From the NCBI GenBank assembly GCA_963826845.1, contig CAWGYS010000025.1, positions 1,606 through 65,605 of the forward strand: a stretch of 64,000 nt of DNA, read 5' to 3'. Source of the DNA: an uncultured Acidobacteriaceae bacterium. Lineage in GTDB: Bacteria; Acidobacteriota; Terriglobia; Terriglobales; Acidobacteriaceae. This document shows positions 10,642 to 20,775 of this stretch, one piece after another. The position numbers were made by a program, and so were the translations under genes. The notes below the pieces were generated by a model. It made no database searches. It was not told the DNA's origin and was given only the letters and a program-made list of their open reading frames with translations. How positions within the stretch are numbered: the stretch's first letter is position 1; each line of letters opens with the position of its first letter.

Positions 10642-11637
10642 CTAGCCACGGTTCACCTCACTAGTCGGTGGAGTTGGTGGAACGGGCGGCGTCGGCGGTG
10701 GTGGAGGAATCGGCCCTCCCGGCGGACTCGCGACCGGAAGCGAGGCAACATGGCCCTCCGTCGATGCGCTGTTCTGCATCAACTTGATGACGCCAATCAC
10801 CAGCAGAATGACCGGCCACGTGCGATGAAAGCCGATGTTCGACTCGCGCATGTTATCCAGCAGGAACAAGACGCCGATGGTGAGAAGAATCGCTGGCCCC
10901 ATGATCCGGCGTGTCCGGCAGCGCGCACATTGGCAGCCTGGGTTACACATACCCATCACGCCCCAGTTTCGTGCGAACAGCCATCCGCCCAGGAAAATCA
11001 AAAGCAGCGGCCAGAAGCGATCGAGGCCAAATTCCGTCAGCCCCAGCGTATGCAGCAGAAAGAGAACGCCGATCAGGATGAGCACGATCGCGCCCATCGG
11101 AATCTTGCTGGTCTCGATCTTCGATCCGCCGCTAAAAGTTGCCGCCAGCCCAAACGGATCCGGTACCGGCTGCGACATCTGAATCGCCTTCGCCGACCGC
11201 ACCGCATCAATCAGCTGGTAGATAATGAAAAAGATCAATCCCACGATCGAGAACGCCAACAACGCGTCTTGGCCGTGGTTGCCCCCGACGCTGATGCCAA
11301 CGATCAGCATGGCAAAAATGCATAAATGGGCGAGCCCCTTGGCATATTGCCCGGTGTACACCGCGCCCACGCCGAAAGGAAAGAATCCGGCAAGAATTCC
11401 CGCCACTGTCGGATTAGGCCCCGAAGCCGGACCAGGCGCAACCTTCAGACCAAGCCCCTGCTCCATGACTTGCTGGTAAGGAGTCGGCGGAGTGGGAACG
11501 CCTTCCATCTTCGCTCCCAGGCAATCCTCGCAATAGATCACGCCCCGCACGGGACGTGTACAGTTCGCGCACAGCGCCTTCCCGCAAGTGCGGCAATAGG
11601 CCACTGCTGACGCGTCAGCATGATTGGCGCAGTTCAT
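10642..11637 (-). CDS. B-box zinc-finger membrane protein with proline-rich tail
   Basis: Intact 331 aa. The N-terminus is MNCANHADASAVAYCRTCGKALCANCTRPVRGVIYCEDCLG (Cys/His B-box pattern). Several TM segments follow, and the C-terminus is PPGGPIPPPPPTPPVPPTPP. Its ATG overlaps the anti-sigma stop (ATGA). Confidence 0.7.
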   Translation of the reverse strand: MNCANHADASAVAYCRTCGKALCANCTRPVRGVIYCEDCLGAKMEGVPTPPTPYQQVMEQGLGLKVAPGPASGPNPTVAGILAGFFPFGVGAVYTGQYAKGLAHLCIFAMLIVGISVGGNHGQDALLAFSIVGLIFFIIYQLIDAVRSAKAIQMSQPVPDPFGLAATFSGGSKIETSKIPMGAIVLILIGVLFLLHTLGLTEFGLDRFWPLLLIFLGGWLFARNWGVMGMCNPGCQCARCRTRRIMGPAILLTIGVLFLLDNMRESNIGFHRTWPVILLVIGVIKLMQNSASTEGHVASLPVASPPGGPIPPPPPTPPVPPTPPTSEVNRG

Positions 11638-12420
11638 ACAAACCTCCGATTCGTTTCCACCGTCACGGCAGGAGAATAATCCCGCAGCGCGGCTAGCACC
11701 GGCTGGTTGTATTCCTGGGAGTAGTTACGATCCTGTCGCTGATCTGGAGAACCATGGTCCGGTTGTCCACTGGTATTGTTCTTAGGGTTCTCTTTCTGTT
11801 GTTCGGTTGGCCCGGGCTCGGCGGGAGTGTTCGACCGCTTCAGCTCGCGCAGTTTCGATTCGATCTCGTACACGAAACGAATATTGTCGTAATACTTCAC
11901 CACTTTGATTTGCGCATCGTTGTAAGCATGACGCACAGCCGATGGCCGCAGATCAACTTTCGCCACGTCCGCCGGCTTCACCCCTGCTGCGCTCATAGCC
12001 AGCGAGAAGGAGAAGAAGATCATCCCAAACGACATCACAAACCGTGGCTGCCGCACAAACGCTGCCACCGGTCTGAAGAAAGAAGCTGAGAAGGAATCCC
12101 ACCGCTCCCGCAGCCGCTCCCCGAAACGGAGTGGCCCTGCCGCCCGCCGTCACCGCTTCCGACCGCGTGCTGAAGACTCCACTGGTCGCCGCCAAAATGT
12201 TGTGTACCAGATGCACCGGAGGCTCAACCTCCTCCAGCGATCGCAGCCACTGCTGCCCCGCCTGCACATCCGCAAACAGCGGACCGCAAACCGCGCAGAT
12301 GCGACGATGTGCATCGAAGCCCTGCTTGCGCGCCGGCGTCAACTGCCCTTCGAGCGCATCGCTAAGCAGCGCTTCGAATTCGGTGCACTCGATCCCGCCG
12401 TGTTTGATTTCGTCTGGCAT
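11634..12420 (-). CDS. Anti-sigma factor (zf-HC2 type); one frame break as assembled
   Basis: The N-terminus is MPDEIKHGGIECTEFEALLSDALEGQLTPARKQGFDAHRRICAVCGPLF (H-x3-C-x2-C). After a break near 12060 it continues into the TM segment FVMSFGMIFFSFSLAMSAAG and a periplasmic tail. The start overlaps the sigma gene stop (TGATG). Confidence 0.7.
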
Positions 12421-13019
12421 CAGATCACCTGCCTATATGTACGTTGTAGGAGGCGCGCAAGTTCCGCTCGTCCCCGGTTAATTCGTGACTTGACGGTCCC
12501 CTCCGGAACCCTCAAAGCCGTAGCAATCTCCCGATAGTCCATATCCTGTAAGTCCCTTAAAATCACCGCTTCCCGGAGCTCCGGAGACAGTTTTTGCAGC
12601 GCCGAATGCACCATTTCCCGGGTTTCCCGCGTCTGTACCGCGGCATCCGGAGGCAGCCCCCGATCAGCAATCTGCTCGCTAAGCGGCTGCGCATCCTCAT
12701 GCTCCGAGGGCGCCGAATCGAGCGAATCCGTAATCCGATCGCCTTTGCTCTTCCTGAAATGATCAACCAGCAGGTTACGGGTAATGGTGGTTACCCAGGT
12801 CATGAACGCGCCCTTACTCGAATCGTAGGTGTTCAAAGTCCGGTACATTTTGATGAAGACCTCTTGGGTGAGGTCCTGAGCGTTGTCGGCATCTCCGGCA
12901 AAGCGGTAGCAGACGTTGTAAATCCGACGGTGATAGCGCTGAACGATCTCCTCCCAAGCCGCGGCATCGCCCGAAACGCAGCGACGGACCAGCAACGCGA
13001 CAACCTGGGTATCATCCAA
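12420..13019 (-). CDS. RNA polymerase ECF (sigma-70 family group 4) sigma factor
   Basis: Intact 199 aa. Region 2 reads YHRRIYNVCYRFAGDADNAQDLTQEVFIKMY and FMTWVTTITRNLLVDHFR. Region 4 reads LSPELREAVILRDLQDMDYREIATALRVPEGTVKSRINRGRAEL. Confidence 0.9.
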   Translation of the reverse strand: MDDTQVVALLVRRCVSGDAAAWEEIVQRYHRRIYNVCYRFAGDADNAQDLTQEVFIKMYRTLNTYDSSKGAFMTWVTTITRNLLVDHFRKSKGDRITDSLDSAPSEHEDAQPLSEQIADRGLPPDAAVQTRETREMVHSALQKLSPELREAVILRDLQDMDYREIATALRVPEGTVKSRINRGRAELARLLQRTYRQVI

Positions 13020-13054
13020 GACCAGACTCCCGAAAACTGCGCTTAATCTACTCT

Positions 13055-13115
13055 GTCATCCGAAAATTGCTTCGTCATCCTGAATCGCGTTGTCATCCTG
13101 AGCGGAGCAAAGGAC
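13055..13115. repeat. Three direct GTCATCC repeats (19- and 18-nt spacing) upstream of the ECF sigma gene
   Basis: gtcatcc occurs at 13055, 13074 and 13092. The third extends to gtcatcctgagcggagcaaaggacc. On the sigma coding strand the repeats read GGATGAC and lie about 35-80 nt upstream of ATG 13019. Confidence 0.6.
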
Positions 13116-13645
13116 CTAATGTACTTGCCGCGAGCGGTCCAGAACTTTAACAGCACACAAGAACTACGTTTCTGTAGGGCAGGAAGTTCCCTTGAATCAT
13201 AAAGCTAGCGATTGTAGCAGGATCAGAAATCGAAGAATGGAGGGGGCAGCGCCGCTGCTTGCGTTCTTTTGCAAGGTGTCGGCTCCATCTAGCCGCTTCC
13301 ATATAGTTTGGGCGCGCCAACGGCCAAAAGTCAGTGGCTGCTCTGCGCGGGGTCATCAGACAGGGGCATTCCCAATAGAATGGTGGCCTCCACCCGACGG
13401 ATAGCTGTTGAAACATCCGATACCACTCATCGACCCCGTTCAGCGCCCATTCTCCAGGAGTGAAGTCGCCTGTTACAACAAAGATCCGTACATTTTTCTC
13501 ATTTCAGTGCGCCTATACCAAAGAAATATGGACCCTTTTTCGTGGCTTCTTCGCGTTACTAGATAGCGGCTGAGTTTGGATCGGAGAAAAAAATATCGGG
13601 TATCTATATCGCTTGGCCCACTTCAACTACGAATAAGGAGAATAT

Positions 13646-14116
13646 ATGAACAAGATCTTGACAGTAACCTCGCTGCTGGCTTTGGCCCTTGCATCGCTCA
13701 GCATCTATTCGGGCGCGCAACAATCGCCGGCGCTCGCCACCAAACACGTCCTCAAAGGGACGTACATCAATAACGGTAACTACAATAGCAGTGTCGCGGC
13801 CGCAAAGTTTACGCCGATTGACCCTGCGCTGTCGGTGTCCTGCCCGGGCTCGTCAACCTGTACGATTGAGGCCGACATGTGGATTCAGAACGTCAGTGAC
13901 GGCGGAGGGAATACAGTGTGCCTTTTCGTGGACGGCTCTGAATCCAGTGGTTGCCCATACGAAACGTCCGGGACGTCCGGGATCTATGACACCATTTCGG
14001 TTTCCTGGCCCGTCACGGTGGAACATGGCACCCATACGGTGCAGACCTACGTCTATTCGAACGATGGAGAGTTCGTGGGCTTCTACACCACGAACTACCG
14101 AGTCTATACCCCATAG
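13646..14116 (+). CDS. Small secreted hypothetical protein
   Basis: 156 aa with a strong SD (AAGGAGA) 6 nt upstream of the ATG. The signal peptide is MNKILTVTSLLALALASLSIYSGAQQ. The protein is Cys-containing and Ser/Thr/Gly-rich, with no motif I recognise. An AT-richer 5' flank precedes it. Confidence 0.6.
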   Translation: MNKILTVTSLLALALASLSIYSGAQQSPALATKHVLKGTYINNGNYNSSVAAAKFTPIDPALSVSCPGSSTCTIEADMWIQNVSDGGGNTVCLFVDGSESSGCPYETSGTSGIYDTISVSWPVTVEHGTHTVQTYVYSNDGEFVGFYTTNYRVYTP

Positions 14117-14212
14117 GCTCACCGGTCTTTAGGCCCTGCGAAGGCATACGGTGTGCGAGCACTGATTGCCTTCGTAAGTTTTTTGGGTTCGAGTTTCCCG
14201 TCTTATGTTCGC

Positions 14213-14578
14213 CTACGCTGGGGGGGTGGCATGCTCGCACACGTGCGCATCGAACAGCGACTGCAGTTTTCTAGTAGCATCCCCAACGCTGTGAAGGTCG
14301 CTGGTGGACGCCTTGAACTCGCGCCCGCAAAGCGTGCAAACCGCAACGCACGGAGACGCGCCAATATGCTTCACGATCCGCACCGCGCGCTTGGGACCAC
14401 CAACCTCCCGAGCCTTCTTAGCAGCGGAATCAATCGCAGCCGCAGCCTCGATCCGTTCGACGTGAACCACTTCAACCTGGCCCTCGAATATTTCGCAAAC
14501 GCGCCCGGGCGCAGCACCACACCGGGGACAAGCCAGTGTCACCGGACTGACCGCGATAAACGGAGGAAGCTTTTCCAC
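14213..14578 (-). CDS. Hypothetical small protein with two CxxC pairs (zinc-ribbon-like)
   Basis: 121 aa with a GTG start. It contains ACPRCGAAPGRVCE...VHVERI and CTLCGREF. I recognise no family, and the start is uncertain because an out-of-frame ATG lies 12 nt upstream. Confidence 0.4.
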   Translation of the reverse strand: MEKLPPFIAVSPVTLACPRCGAAPGRVCEIFEGQVEVVHVERIEAAAAIDSAAKKAREVGGPKRAVRIVKHIGASPCVAVCTLCGREFKASTSDLHSVGDATRKLQSLFDAHVCEHATPPA

Positions 14579-14653
14579 CAGCGGAGCATGACACAGCAGT
14601 AACGATTAAGCGAATCGAAGCCGGACAAAACCCAGAATCCACAGCGGCGTCCG

Positions 14654-14686
14654 AATAAGCAAACGCGGGTCAGAGAAAAGACCCGC
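14654..14686 (-). terminator. Candidate intrinsic terminator downstream of glpX
   Basis: On the minus strand, gcgggtc (14686..14680) pairs with gacccgc (14671..14665) around an 8-nt loop. It is followed by GUUUGCUUAUU, about 90 nt after the glpX stop. Confidence 0.45.
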
Positions 14687-14775
14687 TACGAGGAAATGCC
14701 GGGGGGGGGTACCAAAGCAAACGCATGCAGCTGGCCACCCATGCATATTTGTATGTACAAAAGCGCAGTACACAT

Positions 14776-15814
14776 TTACGAAAACCGCACCTTAACATCC
14801 GGCCCCTTATCCAGATGAATGCTCTCGATAAATCGCACCCGTCCCGTCTTCAAAGTCAGAATCACCGAAGACACCCGCGTGCCTTCGCCAAAGAAGCGGA
14901 CGCCTTTCAGCAACGCGCCTTCGGTCACGCCAGTCGCGGCGAAGATCATTTGCTTGCCGGGAGCCAGATCTTCGGCTTCATAGATTCTTTTCTTGTCCTT
15001 GATCCCCATCTTCGCAATGCGCTCTTCCAATTCTGGTTTGTCGATCACCAGGCGTCCCTGCATGTATCCATTGAGGCAGCGGATCGCTGCCGCTGTGATC
15101 ACGCCTTCCGGTGCGCCGCCCGATCCCATGACCGCGTGCACTCCAGTTCCAATCACGGCCGCGGCAATGCCCGCCGAGAGATCGCCGTCTCCAATCAGCT
15201 TGATGCGCGCACCCGCCTTCCGAATGTCGGAGATCAGTTGCTCGTGCCGCGGACGGTCAAGCACGACCACCACCAGATCCTCCACTCCGCGATGCAGACG
15301 TCGAGCGATGTTTTTCAGGTTGACGGCGACCGGAGCGTCCAATTCGACCGCGTTCTTGCACGATGGTCCGACTACGATTTTTTCCATGTAGCAGTCGGGA
15401 GCGTGCAGCAATCCGCCTTTTTCGGAAGCTGCCAGAACTGTGATTGCTCCCGGCGCGCCGGTGGCGCAGAGGTTCGTGCCTTCCAGCGGATCGACGGCGA
15501 TGTCAACGTGGGGGACGTCTCGCCCGTCCGCATAGGTGCCGCCCACTTGTTCGCCGATATAAAGCATGGGCGCTTCGTCGCGTTCGCCCTCGCCAATCAC
15601 GATGGTGCCATGCATCGGGACGGTGTCCATTGTCCTCCGCATGGATTCGGTTGCGACCTGGTCACTCCCTGGACGGTCGCCTTGGCCCATGGTGCGCGCC
15701 GACTCGATGGCCGCGTTCTCCACCACGCGCAAGAATTCCAGCGCCAGATCGCTTTCAAGATTCTCCCCAAAATTCTTTGCACGCGGCTGCGTGACGGACT
15801 TCGGTTGGCATCAT
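14776..15814 (-). CDS. glpX: Class II fructose-1,6-bisphosphatase GlpX; one frame break near the 5' end
   Basis: The 318-aa ORF carries ...[72 protein letters not shown] and [18 protein letters not shown]. The frame extends upstream ([15 protein letters not shown]) without a start codon. The ATGATG at 15814..15809, preceded by GGAG, is one base out of frame, so a break lies near 15800. Confidence 0.85.
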
Positions 15815-15911
15815 TAGCTCCTGAAGATAAATGCGACTAGGAAATATATTCCCTTCGGGGCAGAGATGGAAGTGGAAGTCTCAGCCGCATAGCGTCTGCT
15901 AATCTTTATTC

Positions 15912-16310
15912 ATGACCACCGACCGCAAAGAACCCGCCTATCTCTTCTCCGAAAAGCAGGTTGCCGAAAAAAGTGAACTGGCCCGGCGTTTTCTGGACAA
16001 TCGGTCCCGGCTGGATGAAAACGTCGAACAGGCCGACAACTTCCTCATCAAGCGCTTCTACAACCTGGATCACAATACTTACCTGGAAGGCGCTCTACCG
16101 GCGAAATACAAAGAGTTGATGGGTCTGGTTGCCTCCGCCTGCTTGCGTTGCGACGACTGCATCAACTACCACGTGATTCAGGCGTATCGGCTGGGTGCAA
16201 CTCGCGCCGAGCAGGAAGAAACGATCAATGTGGCGCTGGTGGTCGGTGGCAGCATCGTGGTTCCACACATGCGGCGAGCGTATGAGTTGCTGACCGAACT
16301 CTATTCCTGA
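15912..16310 (+). CDS. Carboxymuconolactone decarboxylase / AhpD-like family protein
   Basis: Intact 132 aa. It contains LPAKYKELMGLVASACLRCDDCINYHV, the CxxC-containing AhpD-core pattern. Confidence 0.75.
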   Translation: MTTDRKEPAYLFSEKQVAEKSELARRFLDNRSRLDENVEQADNFLIKRFYNLDHNTYLEGALPAKYKELMGLVASACLRCDDCINYHVIQAYRLGATRAEQEETINVALVVGGSIVVPHMRRAYELLTELYS

Positions 16311-16347
16311 GCGCGGAGCAGTTCACGCTATCAGCTGCGCAGGCGAT

Positions 16348-17531
16348 TTAGAATGCGTCGATCCCCGTCACGCTGGCCCCGATAATCAGCGTGTGGATGT
16401 CATGCGTGCCCTCATAGGTCTTCACGCTTTCGAGGTTCATCAGGTGTCGCATGATCGGGTAATCATCGGCCACGCCATTTGCTCCAAGAATGTCTCGCGA
16501 CAGCCGCGCGCACTCAAGCGCCATCCAGACGTTGTTTCGCTTGGCCATCGAGATGTGCTGGTGCTGCACTTTTCCGGCGTCTTTCAGGCGGCCGACTTGC
16601 AGCACTAGCAACTGCGCCTTCGTGATTTCGTTGATCATCCAGGCGAGTTTTTCCTGCACGAGTTGATGGGAGGCGATGGGCTGATTGCGAAATTGTTTTC
16701 GCAACAAGCGAATATTGCAGCGCGCAGTCGTAACATGACATCGCCGCGCCGATTGCTCCCCACGAGATGCCGTAGCGCGCCTGGTTCAGACACATCAGCG
16801 GAGACTTCAATCCACCCGATCCCGGGCAACAAGTTCGACTCTGGGATGCGCACATCCTGAAGGGACAACCCCGACGTCACCGACGCGCGCAGCGACCATT
16901 TCCCGTGAATGTCTTCGGCCTTGAATCCGGGGCGGTCGGTCTCGACCAGAAATCCGCGTACCTTATCTCCTTCATCTTCAACTTTCGCCCAGATCACCGC
17001 TACGTCGGCGATGGTGCCGGACGTGATCCACATTTTCTCGCCGTTCAGCACATATTCTTTGCCGACTTTTTTCGCGCGCGTTCTCATGCCGCCCGGGTTC
17101 GATCCGAAGTCCGGCTCGGTCAATCCGAAGCATCCCAGCTTTTCGCCTTTCTGCATCGCGGGCAGCCAGGTGTTTTTCTGCTCATCCGACCCGAAGGTAT
17201 AAATCGGATACATCACCAGCGCCGATTGCACGCTGACGAACGAGCGCACGCCGGAGTCTCCGCGTTCGAGTTCCTGCGTGACCAGGCCGTATTCCACATT
17301 TGACATGCCGGCGCATCCATATCCGTGCAATGACGCGCCGAAGAATCCCAAATCGGCCATGGGTTTGACCAGTTCGCGCGGAAAGCGGCCGGCGCGGTTG
17401 CATTCCTCAATGATGGGGACGAGATTGTCTTCGATGAACTTGCGCGCCGTGTCGCGCACCAGGCGCTCGTCGTCATTGAGCAACGTGTCGAACTCGATGA
17501 AGTCCACACCACGGAATTTGATGGCTGGCAT
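16348..17531 (-). CDS. Acyl-CoA dehydrogenase, glutaryl-CoA-dehydrogenase-like; two frame breaks as assembled
   Basis: The N-terminus is FDTLLNDDERLVRDTARKFIEDNLVPII...GCFGLTEPDFGSNPGGMRTRA...NGEKMWITSG. The middle fragment reads GLKSPLMCLNQARYGISWGAIGAAMSCYDCALQYS. The C-terminus reads QFRNQPIASHQLVQEKLAWM...YEGTHDIHTLIIG. Breaks lie near 16830 and 16710. Confidence 0.8.
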
Positions 17532-17730
17532 TGCGTCTCACCCCACAGAGTTAGCGGACAGCGAACGGGAAACATTCAAAAGTAGCAGAGCGGCGGGGAA
17601 GTCGGCAACGCGGGCGTACCTTCGTGCCCGGTGGTTCTCCAGGGGGTGACAACGGAACGCGTGACAAGAAGCACAACTCGGGATGACAATGATGTAGCCT
17701 AAGCAGAATGAAGAGAGAGGAGAGTACCTA

Positions 17731-18208
17731 GTGACCGAATCCCGCGCGTTTTTGCGCCACACTCTTGCTACCCTCGCCTATCGCGGAGCGAAAGCGATCC
17801 GCAATGCTGGGCCGGGCTTTGCCGACTACGGTGCCGCCGAAACTTCGCGCACACCGGCAAAAATTCTCGCGCACATCGGCGACCTGATGGACTGGGGCCT
17901 GGCCATGTCCGAAGGCCGCCGCGAGTGGAAGGATTCCTTGCCCCTGCCATGGGAAAAAGAATGCGAGCGCTTCTTCACCGCCTTGAAAAAGTTTGACGAC
18001 TACCTGGCTTCCGAGAAGCCACTCGCAAGTCTCCGCCGAGAAATTGTTTCAGGGTCCGATCGCCGACGCGCTCACGCACGTCGGCCAAATCGCAATGCTG
18101 CGGCGGATGGCGGGAGTGCCGATGAAAGGCGAAAATTATTTCGTTGCCGAAATCACCGTGGGCCGCGTCGGCGCGGATCAGGCGCCTCCACGCAAGGTGT
18201 TCGACTAG
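17731..18208 (+). CDS. DinB-superfamily-like hypothetical protein; one frame break
   Basis: It has a GTG start. The sequence MTESRAFLRHTLATLAYRGAKAI...AKILAHIGDLMDWG...FFTALKKFDDYLAS continues, after a break near 18030, as AEKLFQGPIADALTHVGQIAMLRRMAG. The helical-bundle pattern with conserved His is reminiscent of DinB. The assignment is weak. Confidence 0.45.
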
Positions 18209-18221
18209 CATCGATTAGCCG

Positions 18222-20125
18222 CTAGCTGTTTGTTCCCGTAATCTCTCGCACGGCGCGATAGCCCTGATCGATGGCGGTATTGGTGTAGGCATGGCCGTCG
18301 GCGTCCGAGTTCGCGATCTTGATTCTGCCAAAGGGCTGCCGGCCAATCACACACGGACGCTCCGACTCCGGGCGGTCAAGCGGCTCGAACAATTCGTTGT
18401 ATTCGTAGGCGTATCCGTGAGGCCAACGGTTGACCGTGATCGCCTGAATGTCGTTCGCGCGGATCGAATCCCCCGGCTGAGAGCATGCGGCCAAGTTGGT
18501 CCCGCACATTGCGTTCAAAGGTTTCGAACTTCGTAGTGACGAGTTCGTACCGACCTGCGCGGTACTGGTCCTTGCAATCGAGGCCCGGCTCGCAGGGAGT
18601 GCGCAGAAGGTGAAGCAGGCAGGATTCATCCGGCGAACTGGGAAAATGGTAGTCGCCCATGGAGACGGGGAAATCCAAAGTGACGTTGGTGAAGTACGAA
18701 CCCGGAGAGTAGATCGCGCTGAGACCGAGTTTCTGAAATGCCTTCCAGTTGCTGATTTGCACGTTGGTGTAAACCAGAGGCAGCTTCACGCCAGTACGCG
18801 AGGGCTTCTTTCTGCTTGTCTGACATCTCCGGACACAAATAGGGAATGATCATGTTGTAGCAGGCAAGGATGCAGTTCGCGCCGCGAACCCGGCGAGCCT
18901 GTCCGCCGCGCACGTAGGTGACTTCGACTTCTTTCGCGGCTGGCTGGATCTCCGACGTGGCTCGACTTTCACGGCGGTGCTGTTCAGGCGAATGCGGATT
19001 GGAGAAGATTCATCGTCGAGGCGAGCATAGTTCGCGCGGGCGGTGACGATGTCCTCCATGGTGTGGCCGGGAAGAGTGCCGGGCACGAGGGATCGCACCA
19101 GCATTCTGGCGATGGAAGCGTTGCCGTCGGGAAAATGGAAAATGTAAGGCTCGTCCAGTTCGGCGATTCTCCTCGTGACTCTTGGGGAGAGTCATTCCCT
19201 TGAAGCCGGGAAATCCTTCGCCGGCGCAGTCATGCGCCGAAACAGCATCGATCCCGACGCATATAGATCGTGGGTCGAGGTCTGAAAGACTTTGACCACA
19301 TCGGGGTGGACCTTGACGTATTGCAGCAGGAAATCTTTGTAGCTGGTCTTGGTCAGCTTGGCCTGTTTCTGCTCCGGAGTAAGGTCGGGCAAGTAATCGA
19401 CGCGGGCATGCTGCAGGCGCAGGAGATCCTTGCGAGCGGCTTCCGCGATGGGAATCTGCGAAACGTTCTCCATGGTGAAGTCGAGGCCGAAATAGTGGAG
19501 ACCTTTCTGCGGCACCAGGCGGTCGGCGCCAAAGGTTTCCTTGATCGAAGAAGACGGCCTTCGGTCAGGTGCATCGAGCTGAACAATTTCTGGTCGTAGT
19601 ATTTGAAGAAGCGCTTCACGTCGATTCCCAGTTCTTTCAAAAGCCCGATCGACACATTGCTGTAATTGCCGGGGGCTTCGATGGACTGGGTCCCGCCGTA
19701 TCCGAGCAGCAATCGCTTTCCCGCCTGAAATTCATTGCGCTTGGCGTGCCCGCCGAAATCATCGTGGTTGTCGAGGAGGAGAATTTTGGATTTTTGTCCG
19801 GCAAACTTGCGGTAAAAGTAGGCTGCGGCCAGGCCGCTGATGCCGGCGCCGACAATGACCAGATCGTAGGACTCGGCGTCATCACTGGATTCGGGCCACT
19901 TGTCCTTGCCATCGCGCAGTTCGTGCGCAACTTCCCACGAACCATCGTGAGCGCCGCGCATGCCGGTTTTGGCGGGCGGATAATAGCTGGGGTCTTTCTC
20001 CGGAGCGAAGGAGATTGCGGGATGCCGAAGGCGTTCAGCCAGGTGGAGTTCTTTGCAATTAGAGAGGATCCGACGGCGATGCTTACTCCATTCAGGAAAT
20101 CGCGACGGGTAATCTCGCGCCCCAT
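18222..20125 (-). CDS. TAT-signal NAD(P)/FAD-dependent oxidoreductase (spermidine-dehydrogenase-like); at least 7 frame breaks as assembled
   Basis: The N-terminus is MGREITRRDFLNGVSIAVGSS (twin-arginine signal). It is followed by YDLVIVGAGISGLAAAYFYRK (GxGxxG) and LLDNHDDFGGHAKRNEF. Seven further fragments in shifting frames reach ...ITVNRWPHGYAYEYNELFEP...IANSDADGHAYTNTAIDQGYRAV. The spermidine-dehydrogenase likeness is from memory of that family. Confidence 0.65.
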
Positions 20126-20376
20126 ACCCTAATTCACGATCATGATTCCTGTCGCTCATTTATTTTGCTCCCCAGGTTCGGTAGTTCTGGATTCATGCTC
20201 CCACTTGCCGCCAGCCATTGTGCACTGAACCCGCGACGGATGTCGATGCTCCAGAGCAACCTTCGTGGTTGCGTTCCCGTGCCAGGAACAGTAGAGGACG
20301 GCGTTGGCCTTGGTCCAAAGGCCAGGGCTGAGTAAAATAGCGGCAAGCGACCTTTTCAAGGCGCGCAGGAGACTGA

Positions 20377-20775
20377 ATGGCTTCCGGTGAAACGGCAACC
20401 GCTGACACGAGCACGATTCCGCAGCTTCCGAACCACAAAGTCAAACTCAAGAAGCCGGGCCAGCGTGCCTGCAATGAAAAAAACGAAAAGGGAAAGTTCT
20501 GTGGCGGACACCTGAAGCGCTGGTTCTACGCCGCCGACGTGCTCGAGCAGGAGTGCGGCTGCGTGGAGAAAGCCTGGGGAGCGGACGCCGAAGTGTATCG
20601 CTGCGAATTTTGCCAGACGCTCTACCTGCCCAATCCCGAAGATCCGCGCGGGATGAACGTTGCCGGGAAAGGCCAGTTTTCGGTATTCGGGCTGACGGTT
20701 CCGCCGAAGGAAGAGAAAGCCGAAGTGAAGGTCTTAGGTGTTAGGTCTCAGGTCTTAGGAAAATCAAATTCCTAA
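20377..20775 (+). CDS. Hypothetical Cys-rich small protein
   Basis: 132 aa with an AGGAG SD upstream. Cys clusters are CNEKNEKGKFCGGH...CGC...CEFC. The last ~15 codons (KVLGVRSQVLGKSNS) are encoded by the heptad repeat arm, so the true C-terminus is uncertain. Confidence 0.5.
   Translation: MASGETATADTSTIPQLPNHKVKLKKPGQRACNEKNEKGKFCGGHLKRWFYAADVLEQECGCVEKAWGADAEVYRCEFCQTLYLPNPEDPRGMNVAGKGQFSVFGLTVPPKEEKAEVKVLGVRSQVLGKSNS

Noticed and set aside
13147-13416. 89-aa ORF (and the overlapping plus-strand 70-aa ORF) in the long intergenic region upstream of the ECF sigma gene.
   Set aside because: It has no SD, no motif and an odd composition. A faint resemblance to an IS5-like N-terminus was too weak to support a transposase-remnant call.
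17094-17104. tRNA-like T-loop string GGGTTCGATCC.
   Set aside because: It lies inside the acyl-CoA dehydrogenase coding region, and the flanking bases do not form T-stem or acceptor-stem pairings.
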